Translations under genes and position numbers: made by a program
Notes under the pieces: generated by a model
Told to the model about the DNA's origin: nothing
The model's input: only the letters and a program-made list of their open reading frames with translations
The model's database searches: none
Part shown: positions 22,210-30,181 of the stretch, in pieces
Layout of the letters: each line of letters begins with the position of its first letter
Position numbering within the stretch: the first letter of the stretch is position 1
Source: Candidatus Saccharimonadota bacterium
GTDB taxonomy: Bacteria; Patescibacteriota; Gracilibacteria; UBA1369; 2-02-FULL-48-14
NCBI GenBank assembly: GCA_965230905.1
Contig: OZ246396.1
Span: 540,001-572,000, forward strand
Reading direction: 5' to 3'
Length of the DNA stretch: 32,000 nucleotides

Positions 22210-22473
22210 TTATTTTAGTTTTTTCTTCAAGCTTTTTTTCGCACTTTTCTTTGCGATAGCGTGAATTTGAGCTTCAAACTTCTTAGGGTTCTTAGCCATA
22301 GTGCGGAGCGCACGAGCGGTTATTTTCAGGAATACCTTGGCCCCGGTCTTAGCATCGATCACGGTTTTCTTCACCAAATTAGGCAAGAATCGTCGGTTAG
22401 ACTTCTTGTTGGAGTGAGACACCTTGTGTCCACTCTTGGGTCGCGCACCTGTTAATTGGCAAACTTTAGACAT
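22210..22473 (-). CDS. rpmB: 50S ribosomal protein L28 with a Lys-rich C-terminal extension
   Basis: [33 protein letters not shown]. The track start at 22479 is GTG; ATG 22473 gives the canonical MSKVCQ N-terminus. Confidence 0.92.
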   Translation of the reverse strand: MSKVCQLTGARPKSGHKVSHSNKKSNRRFLPNLVKKTVIDAKTGAKVFLKITARALRTMAKNPKKFEAQIHAIAKKSAKKSLKKKLK

Positions 22474-22482
22474 AGCCACGGT

Positions 22483-22511
22483 ATCTTAAGCGACAAAAGG
22501 GCTTTTTGCAA
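22483..22511 (-). promoter_or_regulatory. Candidate rpmB promoter
   Basis: On the minus strand: TTGCAA (22506-22511), 17-nt spacer, TAAGAT (22483-22488). ATG 22473 lies 9 nt downstream. Confidence 0.45.
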
Positions 22512-22520
22512 GCCGATTTT

Positions 22521-22592
22521 AGAAAGGACTCTTGGCTGTCTGTTCAGCACGGGAGCCTTTATGTGCTTCTCAAACAGCCAAGAGTCCTTTCT
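22521..22592. repeat. Conserved-core hairpin element, copy 2
   Basis: Perfect 19-bp stem 22521-22539 / 22574-22592, plus 2 further bp after one mismatch. The core 22544-22569 is identical to 9215-9240, with the same AGCAC/GTGCT helix and 12-nt loop. Confidence 0.8.
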
Positions 22593-22642
22593 AGGTCAGT
22601 GAAAAAATATTCTAAAGGGATTTTTATTGCTATACTGCTCAC

Positions 22643-23260
22643 ATGTTTCTTTCTCCCTATTATCTGATTGCCTTGGTGCTGGTGCTCACCTTTCACGAAT
22701 GCAGCCACGCCTGGACGGCGCACCGCTTGGGAGACAATACGGCGAAAAGGGAGGGAAGGCTGACGCTGAACCCTTTGGCGCATCTGGATATTTTGGGCAC
22801 GCTGATGCTGTTTTTTGTGGGAATAGGGTGGGGGAAGCCGGTTCCAGTGAATCCACAGAATTTTGAAAAACCCGTGCGAGATCAAGCTTTAACGGCGCTC
22901 GCGGGGCCACTCGCTAACCTGGCGCTGGCCTTCATCGCAGCCATTCCTTACAGCTACCTAAGCCAAGTGACGCCGCTGTATGCGCTCAGCGAAGCGGTGC
23001 TGGATGTGAGTATTGTGCTCTTTCTGTTCAATATGCTGCCCATTCCGCCCCTCGACGGGTCTAAATTTATGGGCATTTTTGTGCCGCGCCGCTTTTATCC
23101 GCTGTATGAAAAGTTTCTGAGCAAGGGTTTGCCGTACTTTATTGTCCTGATGTTCGTAGATTTGTACTTCTTTGAGGAGCTGTTTGGCATGTCCTTTATT
23201 TGGACAGCGGTTTCGCAGCTCACCTTCTGGCTTAAGGCCGCCATCCTTCTGATTGTGTAA
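22643..23260 (+). CDS. M50 (site-2 protease family) membrane metalloprotease
   Basis: 205-aa polytopic ORF with the HExxH motif in a TM segment (FHECSHAWTAHRLGD) and the second M50 motif FNMLPIPPLDGSKF. Confidence 0.85.
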   Translation: MFLSPYYLIALVLVLTFHECSHAWTAHRLGDNTAKREGRLTLNPLAHLDILGTLMLFFVGIGWGKPVPVNPQNFEKPVRDQALTALAGPLANLALAFIAAIPYSYLSQVTPLYALSEAVLDVSIVLFLFNMLPIPPLDGSKFMGIFVPRRFYPLYEKFLSKGLPYFIVLMFVDLYFFEELFGMSFIWTAVSQLTFWLKAAILLIV

Positions 23261-23330
23261 ATTTCTTGTAAGGAATAGTGGAAAGACTTCGTCTTACTTC
23301 TTGTTCGGCTTAAAAATTAACTAACACAGT

Positions 23331-24635
23331 ATGAAAAAAATCCTTTCAAGCTTTTTAGTAGTTGCCTTTATAGTAAGTTCGGTGCCCAGTGCCCTTGCGG
23401 CAACGGTGACCGATTTGCGAAGTCCCAGCGAGGTTCTTTCTTACAATGCGAATCTTCTTACGGGGCTATTCAATGACCAAACCGATGAGGCGCTGAGCAC
23501 CGACGCCGAAGATGTGAACATTCCTGCTGCGGAGGACGATGCTTTTTACATCGCTTACGACGAGAAATTCAACGGCATTGAGATAGATATCGACGTTTCT
23601 TTGGAAGGGTATGCCCTGGCCGAGCTTTTCTCCCAAGGTACCTATGTTCTTGAATACTGGGATGGGAATTGGAAAACCCTTTCCAGCGACAAATCGAATA
23701 ATGATCTGAAAAATGAGTCTACGGGCGACAACTTTTCTTTAAGCTGGGACCGTCCTGAGGATTGGGAAACCGTGGTTGTGAATAGTTCGGACGCACTTTA
23801 TTACGTTCGTTTGCGCATCACTGATTCATATAAATCTGATGATGAACAAGATGCGGAAGCACTGGCTTCACAGGTTTGGGTGAAGGATAGCGAGATTGTG
23901 GTGGTTGACGATGGAGATGAAGACGACGATGGCGACGGACTCACGAAAGATGAAGAAGACGACTATGGAACCAGTGACAGCGACGTGGACAGTGATAATG
24001 ATGGCGTGGAAGATGGCACCGAGGTGGATATGGGGACGGATCCCGATGATTCCGCGGATTACTTGGCGAATTACCCTGATTATGAAGATGACTGTAACGA
24101 TCCTTTTGACGACACCAATAATCACTGGGCTGAAGAATCCATATGTGCGCTGTACTCTGCAGGAGTGGTGGAAGGGCGCAGCCATGATGAATATGAACCC
24201 AATATGTCGGTGACGCGTGCGGAATTCTTGAAAATTGCTCTGCTGAATGCCGAACTCACGGTTACGGAAAACGACAATTACGGATACACCGATGTGGACA
24301 GCGACGATTGGTTTTACTCTTACGTCACCTACGCAACGGGTGAGGGCTACACCGAAGGATACTATGATAATAGCTTTCGGCCCAATGATTCTATCAACCG
24401 CGCGGAGGCCATGACCATTTTGATGCGGATTGCAGGCGTTCCCGAAGATGAGGAGGTGGACAGTGACTTTGAGGACATGGACGGAGATGAATGGTTTGCG
24501 TGGGCAGTTATGGAAGCCGTGGACGAACACATTGTGGAAGGCTATGACGATGGCGAGTTTAAACCTGAAAACTACATCACCCGTGCAGAAACGGCGGTCA
24601 TCGCTCGGCGCGCTTGGTATGTCTACTACGAATAA
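23331..24635 (+). CDS. Acidic secreted protein with TSP3-like Ca-binding repeats and three C-terminal SLH repeats (S-layer/cell-wall-anchored candidate)
   Basis: Signal peptide MKKILSSFLVVAFIVSSVPSALA. DSDVDSDNDGVEDGTEVDMGTDPDD resembles DxDxDG TSP3 repeats. SLH repeats: FDDTNNHWAEESICALYSAGVVEG...VTRAEFLKIAL, YTDVDSDDWFYSYVTYA...INRAEAMTILMR, FEDMDGDEWFAWAVMEAVDEHIVEG...ITRAETAVIARR. Confidence 0.85.
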   Translation: MKKILSSFLVVAFIVSSVPSALAATVTDLRSPSEVLSYNANLLTGLFNDQTDEALSTDAEDVNIPAAEDDAFYIAYDEKFNGIEIDIDVSLEGYALAELFSQGTYVLEYWDGNWKTLSSDKSNNDLKNESTGDNFSLSWDRPEDWETVVVNSSDALYYVRLRITDSYKSDDEQDAEALASQVWVKDSEIVVVDDGDEDDDGDGLTKDEEDDYGTSDSDVDSDNDGVEDGTEVDMGTDPDDSADYLANYPDYEDDCNDPFDDTNNHWAEESICALYSAGVVEGRSHDEYEPNMSVTRAEFLKIALLNAELTVTENDNYGYTDVDSDDWFYSYVTYATGEGYTEGYYDNSFRPNDSINRAEAMTILMRIAGVPEDEEVDSDFEDMDGDEWFAWAVMEAVDEHIVEGYDDGEFKPENYITRAETAVIARRAWYVYYE

Positions 24636-24644
24636 CACTTTGTC

Positions 24645-24673
24645 TTGACGGGTGTCTATTCCTCAAGTATCGT
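24645..24673 (+). promoter_or_regulatory. Candidate promoter about 200 nt upstream of tRNA-Thr
   Basis: TTGACG (24645-24650), 17-nt spacer, TATCGT (24668-24673). The predicted start falls inside the tandem GACGACAAAA repeats. Confidence 0.35.
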
Positions 24674-24883
24674 GCTTGACGACAAAAGGACGACAAAACT
24701 TGTGAGATCCATCACGACGGACTTTGGGCGCCGCAAGGCGCACGGTGTGTCCCACCGCTCCAATTACGTCCGGATCCACGGTATATAGTCGCCCTTTGTT
24801 ATTTGTGGCGGAATTTTTGCCATCAGCTGTGGAAAAAAGACTGGCGCGAGCCGGGGGAATCTGCTTATATAGCCGCGCTGTTA

Positions 24884-24958
24884 GCCGCAGTAGCTCAGTG
24901 GTAGAGCGTTGCCATGGTAAGGCAGAGGTCTCGGGTTCAATCCCCGATTGCGGCTCCA
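24884..24958 (+). tRNA. tRNA-Thr (anticodon GGT), CCA encoded
   Basis: Acceptor GCCGCAG/TTGCGGC (one G-U pair); D arm GCTC-AGTGGTA-GAGC; anticodon stem TTGCC/GGCAG with loop ATGGTAA; T arm TCGGG-TTCAATC-CCCGA; discriminator T plus CCA. Confidence 0.92.
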
Positions 24959-25047
24959 TTTTTTGTTGTAAGCCCCCTATTTTTTGTAAGATTTCGTTGT
25001 CTCGTTACGTTGTAGCTAGTAGCCTAGTAATAATTTAACCACAACGT

Positions 25048-27243
25048 ATGAAAAAGCTAATCACACTCCTGGGGTTTGTGACGTATATTTTTGGCGCTAA
25101 CACGGCCTTTGCCATTGGGGTGGGGCTGGTGTCTGCTAATAATGAAGACGTCAACGTGTACCCGGATGGAGTCTTTTTAGATGGTATACTCGAGACCTCG
25201 TGGACCACGGATGCGTCTGATTTGGATGCAGATGATGTGCCGCTTCCCACTAAAGATAGCATGGTGACGGAAGTTCTTTATATTGGTTCCAACACGGTTT
25301 TCGATATCATTGATTTTGATATCACTACTGCGGGAGTTAGCAGCAGTACTTGTGTTGTTTGTCATCACTACACGGCCGAATACTACGATGGAGGGACCAG
25401 CGACTGGGAAACTTTAAGCTACACCGACAACACCAATAATTTTGAAACGGTAGGAGAGGGAACCTGGGAATTTGACGTACCTGCTGCGTGGGATTCTGCT
25501 GCGGGTAAGACTACGGTGGATGGCCAAACACTCTATTGGATGCGTTTAACCCCAAGGAGTACGACCACCATCACTTCTTCAGCGGATGCTGGGGAAATTG
25601 CTCTGCGTGCGTACAATGTGGAACTCACTCTTGAAGATGAACTTGGAGGGCCTATGGAAGGTTTCGTTTCTGAAGATTTCACTGTGAGCGCAGGAACGTC
25701 CAATGACGTGGCTGGATTCCGAGACATGGAAGATGGAGTTTACCAATTCGCTTTGGATACGGGACTTTCTGATAACAATTATCGTATTACTGCCAATGAA
25801 AATGGCTATGTAGATGAAGTCATTAACACCGGGGTGCTTGCTTCCATTAAAAAAACTTTGAGTGGGGAAATGCAATTTGCACACAAGATTACTATTATTG
25901 ATAACGACACCGTCGACCCTATAACGCCCGATACAGTCAGTATTGGATCGGTTAGCTGTACCATCTCTACAAGCACGGCCTACTGCCCTGCGAGCACCAC
26001 TCAAGATGGAACGTCTACGGATGTTGAGTCCGTTACCGTTACGAAATCCGGCTATGAATCCCGTACTACTGTGCTTAGTTCAGACCGTGATATAGATGCC
26101 GACTCTCAGGTGACCACGAGCGTGGCTCTTACGGAAACCGTAGCGACGGCTGATCCAACCGAAGCCAATCTCACCATTAATGTTACTGACGAAGATGGGG
26201 ATGCGATCACGAGCTTACTGGAAGGAGACTTCGATGTGTCTGGAGGAACTTCCAACGCTATTCACGCTTTCACCAACAGTGGAAGTGGGAACTATGTGCT
26301 CAGCCTTTCCATTGATAACAGCGACAACAGCTACGAGATTGAGGTTTCTGAAGATGGTTACGTGGCCGAAGACGTCACTACGGGTGAAATGACCGGGGAC
26401 GGCAGCAAGAGCGTTTCTTTGGACTTTGGATATAAATTGACGGTACTTGATGAGGACGGGGACACCGTTTCTGGCGCTTCGGTGAAAGCGGGAGACGACT
26501 ACGGCACGAGCTGTAGCTATTTGGGAGCTGGAGTTTATGGATGCGCGGTTCCGGTTGGGGATACGGACCTCGATTACAAAGTTACTTTGAGCGATTACGA
26601 AACGGAGTACGGCGAATTCAATTCAGCTCGTACCGACCACACGGATGCACAAGTGAGTGAAAGCGTGAGTTTGACCGTGGGGGAGAGCGATTGTGACACG
26701 GACTTCGATGACATTTACGGACACTGGGCGGAAGACTACATCACTGAACTTTACTGCCGTGGGGTGGTGAACGGACTGGATGACGACACCTTTGGACCCA
26801 GCAACTACGCAAGTCGTGCGGAGTTCCTAAAAATGGCTCTGCTCAACGCAGGTTACGATGTGGACGGGGCTTCTGGTGAAAGCTTCTCCGATGTTTCTTC
26901 TGGAGACTGGTTCTACGAATACGTTTCCTTTGGAGTGGAGGAAGACATCATCGAAGGATATAGCGACGATACTTTCCGTCCAAACAACCAAATCAACCGT
27001 GCGGAGGCGCTGGTGATTACCATGCGTATTGCTGGAATCGATGAATACGACGTGGACAGTGACTGGGATGAATTCGATGACGTAGATGACGATGATTGGT
27101 ATGCCTACGCCGTAGAAACCGCTGCCGATGAAGGCATTGTGGAAGGATACAGCGACGGGGACTTCAAGCCAGGCAACCCCATCACCCGTGCCGAAGTAGC
27201 TGCGATTTCTGTACGAACTTATGACGAATACTACGCGGACTAA
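25048..27243 (+). CDS. Acidic secreted protein with internal Ig/CarboxypepD_reg-like repeats and three C-terminal SLH repeats; paralog of 23331..24635
   Basis: Signal peptide MKKLITLLGFVTYIFGANTAFA. The N-terminal domain is shared with the paralog (EYYDGGTSDWETLSY / LYWMRLTP versus EYWDGNWKTLSS / LYYVRLRIT). Internal repeats include LTLEDELGGPMEGFVSEDFTVSAGTSND... and LTINVTDEDGDAITSLLEGDFDVSGGTSNA.... SLH repeats: FDDIYGHWAEDYITELYCRGVVNG...SRAEFLKMAL, FSDVSSGDWFYEYVSF...INRAEALVITMR, FDDVDDDDWYAYAVETAADEGIVEG...ITRAEVAAISVR. Confidence 0.85.
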   Translation: MKKLITLLGFVTYIFGANTAFAIGVGLVSANNEDVNVYPDGVFLDGILETSWTTDASDLDADDVPLPTKDSMVTEVLYIGSNTVFDIIDFDITTAGVSSSTCVVCHHYTAEYYDGGTSDWETLSYTDNTNNFETVGEGTWEFDVPAAWDSAAGKTTVDGQTLYWMRLTPRSTTTITSSADAGEIALRAYNVELTLEDELGGPMEGFVSEDFTVSAGTSNDVAGFRDMEDGVYQFALDTGLSDNNYRITANENGYVDEVINTGVLASIKKTLSGEMQFAHKITIIDNDTVDPITPDTVSIGSVSCTISTSTAYCPASTTQDGTSTDVESVTVTKSGYESRTTVLSSDRDIDADSQVTTSVALTETVATADPTEANLTINVTDEDGDAITSLLEGDFDVSGGTSNAIHAFTNSGSGNYVLSLSIDNSDNSYEIEVSEDGYVAEDVTTGEMTGDGSKSVSLDFGYKLTVLDEDGDTVSGASVKAGDDYGTSCSYLGAGVYGCAVPVGDTDLDYKVTLSDYETEYGEFNSARTDHTDAQVSESVSLTVGESDCDTDFDDIYGHWAEDYITELYCRGVVNGLDDDTFGPSNYASRAEFLKMALLNAGYDVDGASGESFSDVSSGDWFYEYVSFGVEEDIIEGYSDDTFRPNNQINRAEALVITMRIAGIDEYDVDSDWDEFDDVDDDDWYAYAVETAADEGIVEGYSDGDFKPGNPITRAEVAAISVRTYDEYYAD

Positions 27244-27268
27244 GTGAGAAGATGTGAAAAGTATAGAG

Positions 27269-27300
27269 AAAGGGCCCTGCTGAAGAGTGGGGCTCTTTTT
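27269..27300 (+). terminator. Intrinsic terminator after the second SLH gene
   Basis: GGGCCC (27272-27277) pairs with GGGCTC (27290-27295), including one G-U pair. The loop is 12 nt, the stem has an A/T extension, and a T-run follows at 27296-27300. Confidence 0.5.
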
Positions 27301-27336
27301 GTATCAAGAGGCTCATTTCTCTGGTTTAATGTTCCT

Positions 27337-29097
27337 ATGGAAAATGCCTACCTTCAACTGATTAAAACCGCATGGAAATTTGCGGAAGGGCGGAGGCCGC
27401 AGTACGCGCTGACGTATGCCATGTTTACAGTGGCAAATTTGATTATGATGTTGGAGCCACTGTTGCTTGGGCTATTCTTAAATGAAGTGCAGCTCAATGG
27501 TTTGGAGAATGAACGGAAGATACTTTTGTACTTGGCGGCCTATCCTGGTATTCAGCTGGCATTTTGGATTTTTCATGGAAATGCCCGCGTACTGGAACGA
27601 ATAAACGCCTATTATATTGTGGATAATTTTCGCCGAAAGCTCTTTGATTTGCTCGCATCTTTACCTTTGAAGTGGCACAAGAACAATCACTCGGGTGGGA
27701 CGATGAGTCGACTTGAAAAAGGCTCTAGTTCACTGAGAAACTTTGCTGAAGATGGATTTCAATACATTGAAACCGTGGTGCGGTTTTTTGCTTCTGCAAC
27801 GGCTTTGTTTTTTCTCTCACAGCTTTCTGGTTTTGTGGCGCTTGGCTTGGGACTCGTGTGTTTTCTTATCATTTTCCGTTTCGACAAACAGCTTATTAAG
27901 TACAACAAAGAAATGAATGAGGATTGGCATAAATACGATGCTACTTTTTATGATTATGTGGTCAATATGCGCACCGTGATCACGCTGCGTTTGGAGAAGT
28001 TGGCGAAGAACGAAACGGTGAAACGATTCTCTCGTTTGTTCCCTACATGGAAAAAGAATGCAAAAGTGAACGAACTCAAATGGTTTTTACTGAGCATGGT
28101 CTTGGCGGGTTTGGCCTCGTTGGTGATGCTGATTTATTTATACCAACAGTGGGAAAGTGGGGCCGTCATTTTGATCGGAACTACGGTGGCTTTGTATGAG
28201 TATGCGCACCGATTTACTGGTGTATTTTTTGATGTCGCCTGGAAATATGAGCAATTGGTTCAGTACAACACCAATATTCAATCGGTGAATCCTATTTGGG
28301 CGGCAGCGGAAATGCTGGATGGGAAGGTTGGGACGAAGCCTATCTCTAATAAGTGGAAACGAGTGGAAATTAAGGAGCTTTCCTTTCGTTATGAAGATGA
28401 GAAACATCGCTCGCACAACCTTAAAAATGTGCATTTGGTTTTGGAACGTGGGAAGAGAATTGCACTGATTGGAGAAAGTGGGAGTGGGAAAAGTACTTTG
28501 CTTACGCTACTTCGTGGTTTGGAGATGCCAGACTTTGTGAAGGTGAGTGTGGACGGTAAAGAGTCAGAACTCCATGCGCTTTCTAGTCATATGACGCTGA
28601 TCCCGCAGGATCCGGAGATTTTTGAAAATACCATTGAGTACAATGTGACGGCTGGAATTTCACATCGTGCTGCGGAGGTGCAGCAGGCCATTCGGCTGGC
28701 GCGTTTTGATGGAGTGGTGAAGCGTTTGCCGCGAGGCCTTGCGACAAATATTAAAGAAAAAGGTGTGAATCTTTCGGGAGGCGAGAAACAGCGACTTGCT
28801 TTGGCACGCGGCATTTTTGCAGCTAAAGACAGCAGCTTTATTTTGCTCGATGAACCCACGAGCAGTGTCGATGCAAAGAATGAGGTGAAGATCTACGAGT
28901 CGCTATTTAGATATTTTAAAGACCGTTGCATCGTTTCAACCATTCACCGTTTGCATCTGCTGCCCGAGTTCGACCACATCTATTTGTTTGAAGAAGGAAG
29001 GCTGGCGGCGGAAGGAACGTTTGATGAACTATTGAAAACGTATGAGCCTTTTCAGAAGATGTGGGAGGTGTACCAGAAAGCGGTAAATCGGGATTGA
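27337..29097 (+). CDS. ABC exporter, fused permease + ATPase (half transporter)
   Basis: The track start (GTG 27244) overlaps the terminator, so I prefer ATG 27337 (MENAYLQLIK). N-terminal six-TM exporter domain, then Walker A GESGSGKST, signature LSGGEKQRLALARG, Walker B FILLDEPTS and H-loop STIHRL. Confidence 0.88.
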   Translation: MENAYLQLIKTAWKFAEGRRPQYALTYAMFTVANLIMMLEPLLLGLFLNEVQLNGLENERKILLYLAAYPGIQLAFWIFHGNARVLERINAYYIVDNFRRKLFDLLASLPLKWHKNNHSGGTMSRLEKGSSSLRNFAEDGFQYIETVVRFFASATALFFLSQLSGFVALGLGLVCFLIIFRFDKQLIKYNKEMNEDWHKYDATFYDYVVNMRTVITLRLEKLAKNETVKRFSRLFPTWKKNAKVNELKWFLLSMVLAGLASLVMLIYLYQQWESGAVILIGTTVALYEYAHRFTGVFFDVAWKYEQLVQYNTNIQSVNPIWAAAEMLDGKVGTKPISNKWKRVEIKELSFRYEDEKHRSHNLKNVHLVLERGKRIALIGESGSGKSTLLTLLRGLEMPDFVKVSVDGKESELHALSSHMTLIPQDPEIFENTIEYNVTAGISHRAAEVQQAIRLARFDGVVKRLPRGLATNIKEKGVNLSGGEKQRLALARGIFAAKDSSFILLDEPTSSVDAKNEVKIYESLFRYFKDRCIVSTIHRLHLLPEFDHIYLFEEGRLAAEGTFDELLKTYEPFQKMWEVYQKAVNRD

Positions 29098-29105
29098 TCT
29101 GGTTT

Positions 29106-30098
29106 TTAGTCCTCGAAAGCTGTCGGTTTCAAAAATGTTTGCAAGTATTTGTCCAGAGAAGCAGCATCATCCAGTTTTTTAATGTAAGCCTGATAAGTCC
29201 GGACCATTTGTTCTGTCATAAAATCCAAATACTTCTCTATATGGCCCTCCATGGCTTTTTCAAATACATTCATGTGCTTTTCTCTTTGGCTATTCCAGAG
29301 AATTATAGGGTGATAACGATGGGACTTTAAAATACTGTTCATTAAGATCCTTCCTATACGGCCATTTCCGTCTACAAAGGGGTGTATTCGCTCAAACCGA
29401 TAGTAAAATCTAAAAGCTAATTCAGGTGGATATAGCTTCCCTTCGACTGAGTTATACCAATCTAATAGTTCTGATAATTTAGCAATTATTTCAGTGGCTT
29501 GAGCTGTATCTGAGTTTCCAACTACAATGGCTACTTCTCGTATGCCATGTTTGCTGGGTTCATGCGAAAGAAGGATCTTGTGAAGTTCTATGATTTTATT
29601 GATGCTCAATTTTTTTAAAACCTGAGGTGAGAAGCTGATCGCCTTTAAACTGTTCTCCACTTCAGCGTTTTTTTTAATGGATCCAGCAGATACGATTTTC
29701 TCAACCTCTTTTTTCGGCATTTTACTGCCCTCAATTTTGTTTGAGTTATAGATAAAATCGATCATAAAAGCCGTTTCCATGGCATGCTGCGCTACGTGCC
29801 CTAAGTCTTGTTTGTCTCTAAATAACTTTCCACGGAGCTGTTCCAGCTTTTGGATTACAGTCTCTTTAAAAGCTACTTTTGCCTGTGTTTTTCCTGTCCA
29901 ATACTTTGTTCTTACCTCACTTTCTTCTGTCTCCACCTTTCTTTTGAATTGCAGCTGTTTTTTTACCTTATTGATTGGATCATCCACTCTTCCCAGTGAG
30001 GTGTACTTAATTTTATTTTTGCCTTTTGCAACGTAAATTTTTTCTTTGGCATATAGGTATTGTTTCCCGCCGATCTTTTTAACTGAAAAGGTAGTCAT
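29106..30098 (-). CDS. Fic domain protein (putative AMPylase) with internal inhibitory motif
   Basis: 330-aa ORF with Fic motif HPFVDGNGRIGR. An [ST]xxxE[GN] motif (SNKIEG) lies N-terminal to the core, as in class II auto-inhibited Fic proteins. Confidence 0.85.
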   Translation of the reverse strand: MTTFSVKKIGGKQYLYAKEKIYVAKGKNKIKYTSLGRVDDPINKVKKQLQFKRKVETEESEVRTKYWTGKTQAKVAFKETVIQKLEQLRGKLFRDKQDLGHVAQHAMETAFMIDFIYNSNKIEGSKMPKKEVEKIVSAGSIKKNAEVENSLKAISFSPQVLKKLSINKIIELHKILLSHEPSKHGIREVAIVVGNSDTAQATEIIAKLSELLDWYNSVEGKLYPPELAFRFYYRFERIHPFVDGNGRIGRILMNSILKSHRYHPIILWNSQREKHMNVFEKAMEGHIEKYLDFMTEQMVRTYQAYIKKLDDAASLDKYLQTFLKPTAFED

Positions 30099-30181
30099 AA
30101 TGAAGTAGTTTTTAACCCCAATTAATCCAATTATATCAAAATACAGATTAAAAATAAAGCTTTTATTAACTTATTTTACTG

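Noticed and set aside
23868-24638. 256-aa minus-strand ORF opposite the first SLH gene
   Set aside because: It is a mirror frame of an acidic GAT/GAA-rich gene, so it reads as Ile/Val/His-rich junk. The plus-strand SLH repeats and signal peptide are decisive.
24663-25038. ORFs 24663..24959 (-) and 24724..25038 (+)
   Set aside because: Both read straight through the tRNA-Thr gene, and their translations show no protein-like features.
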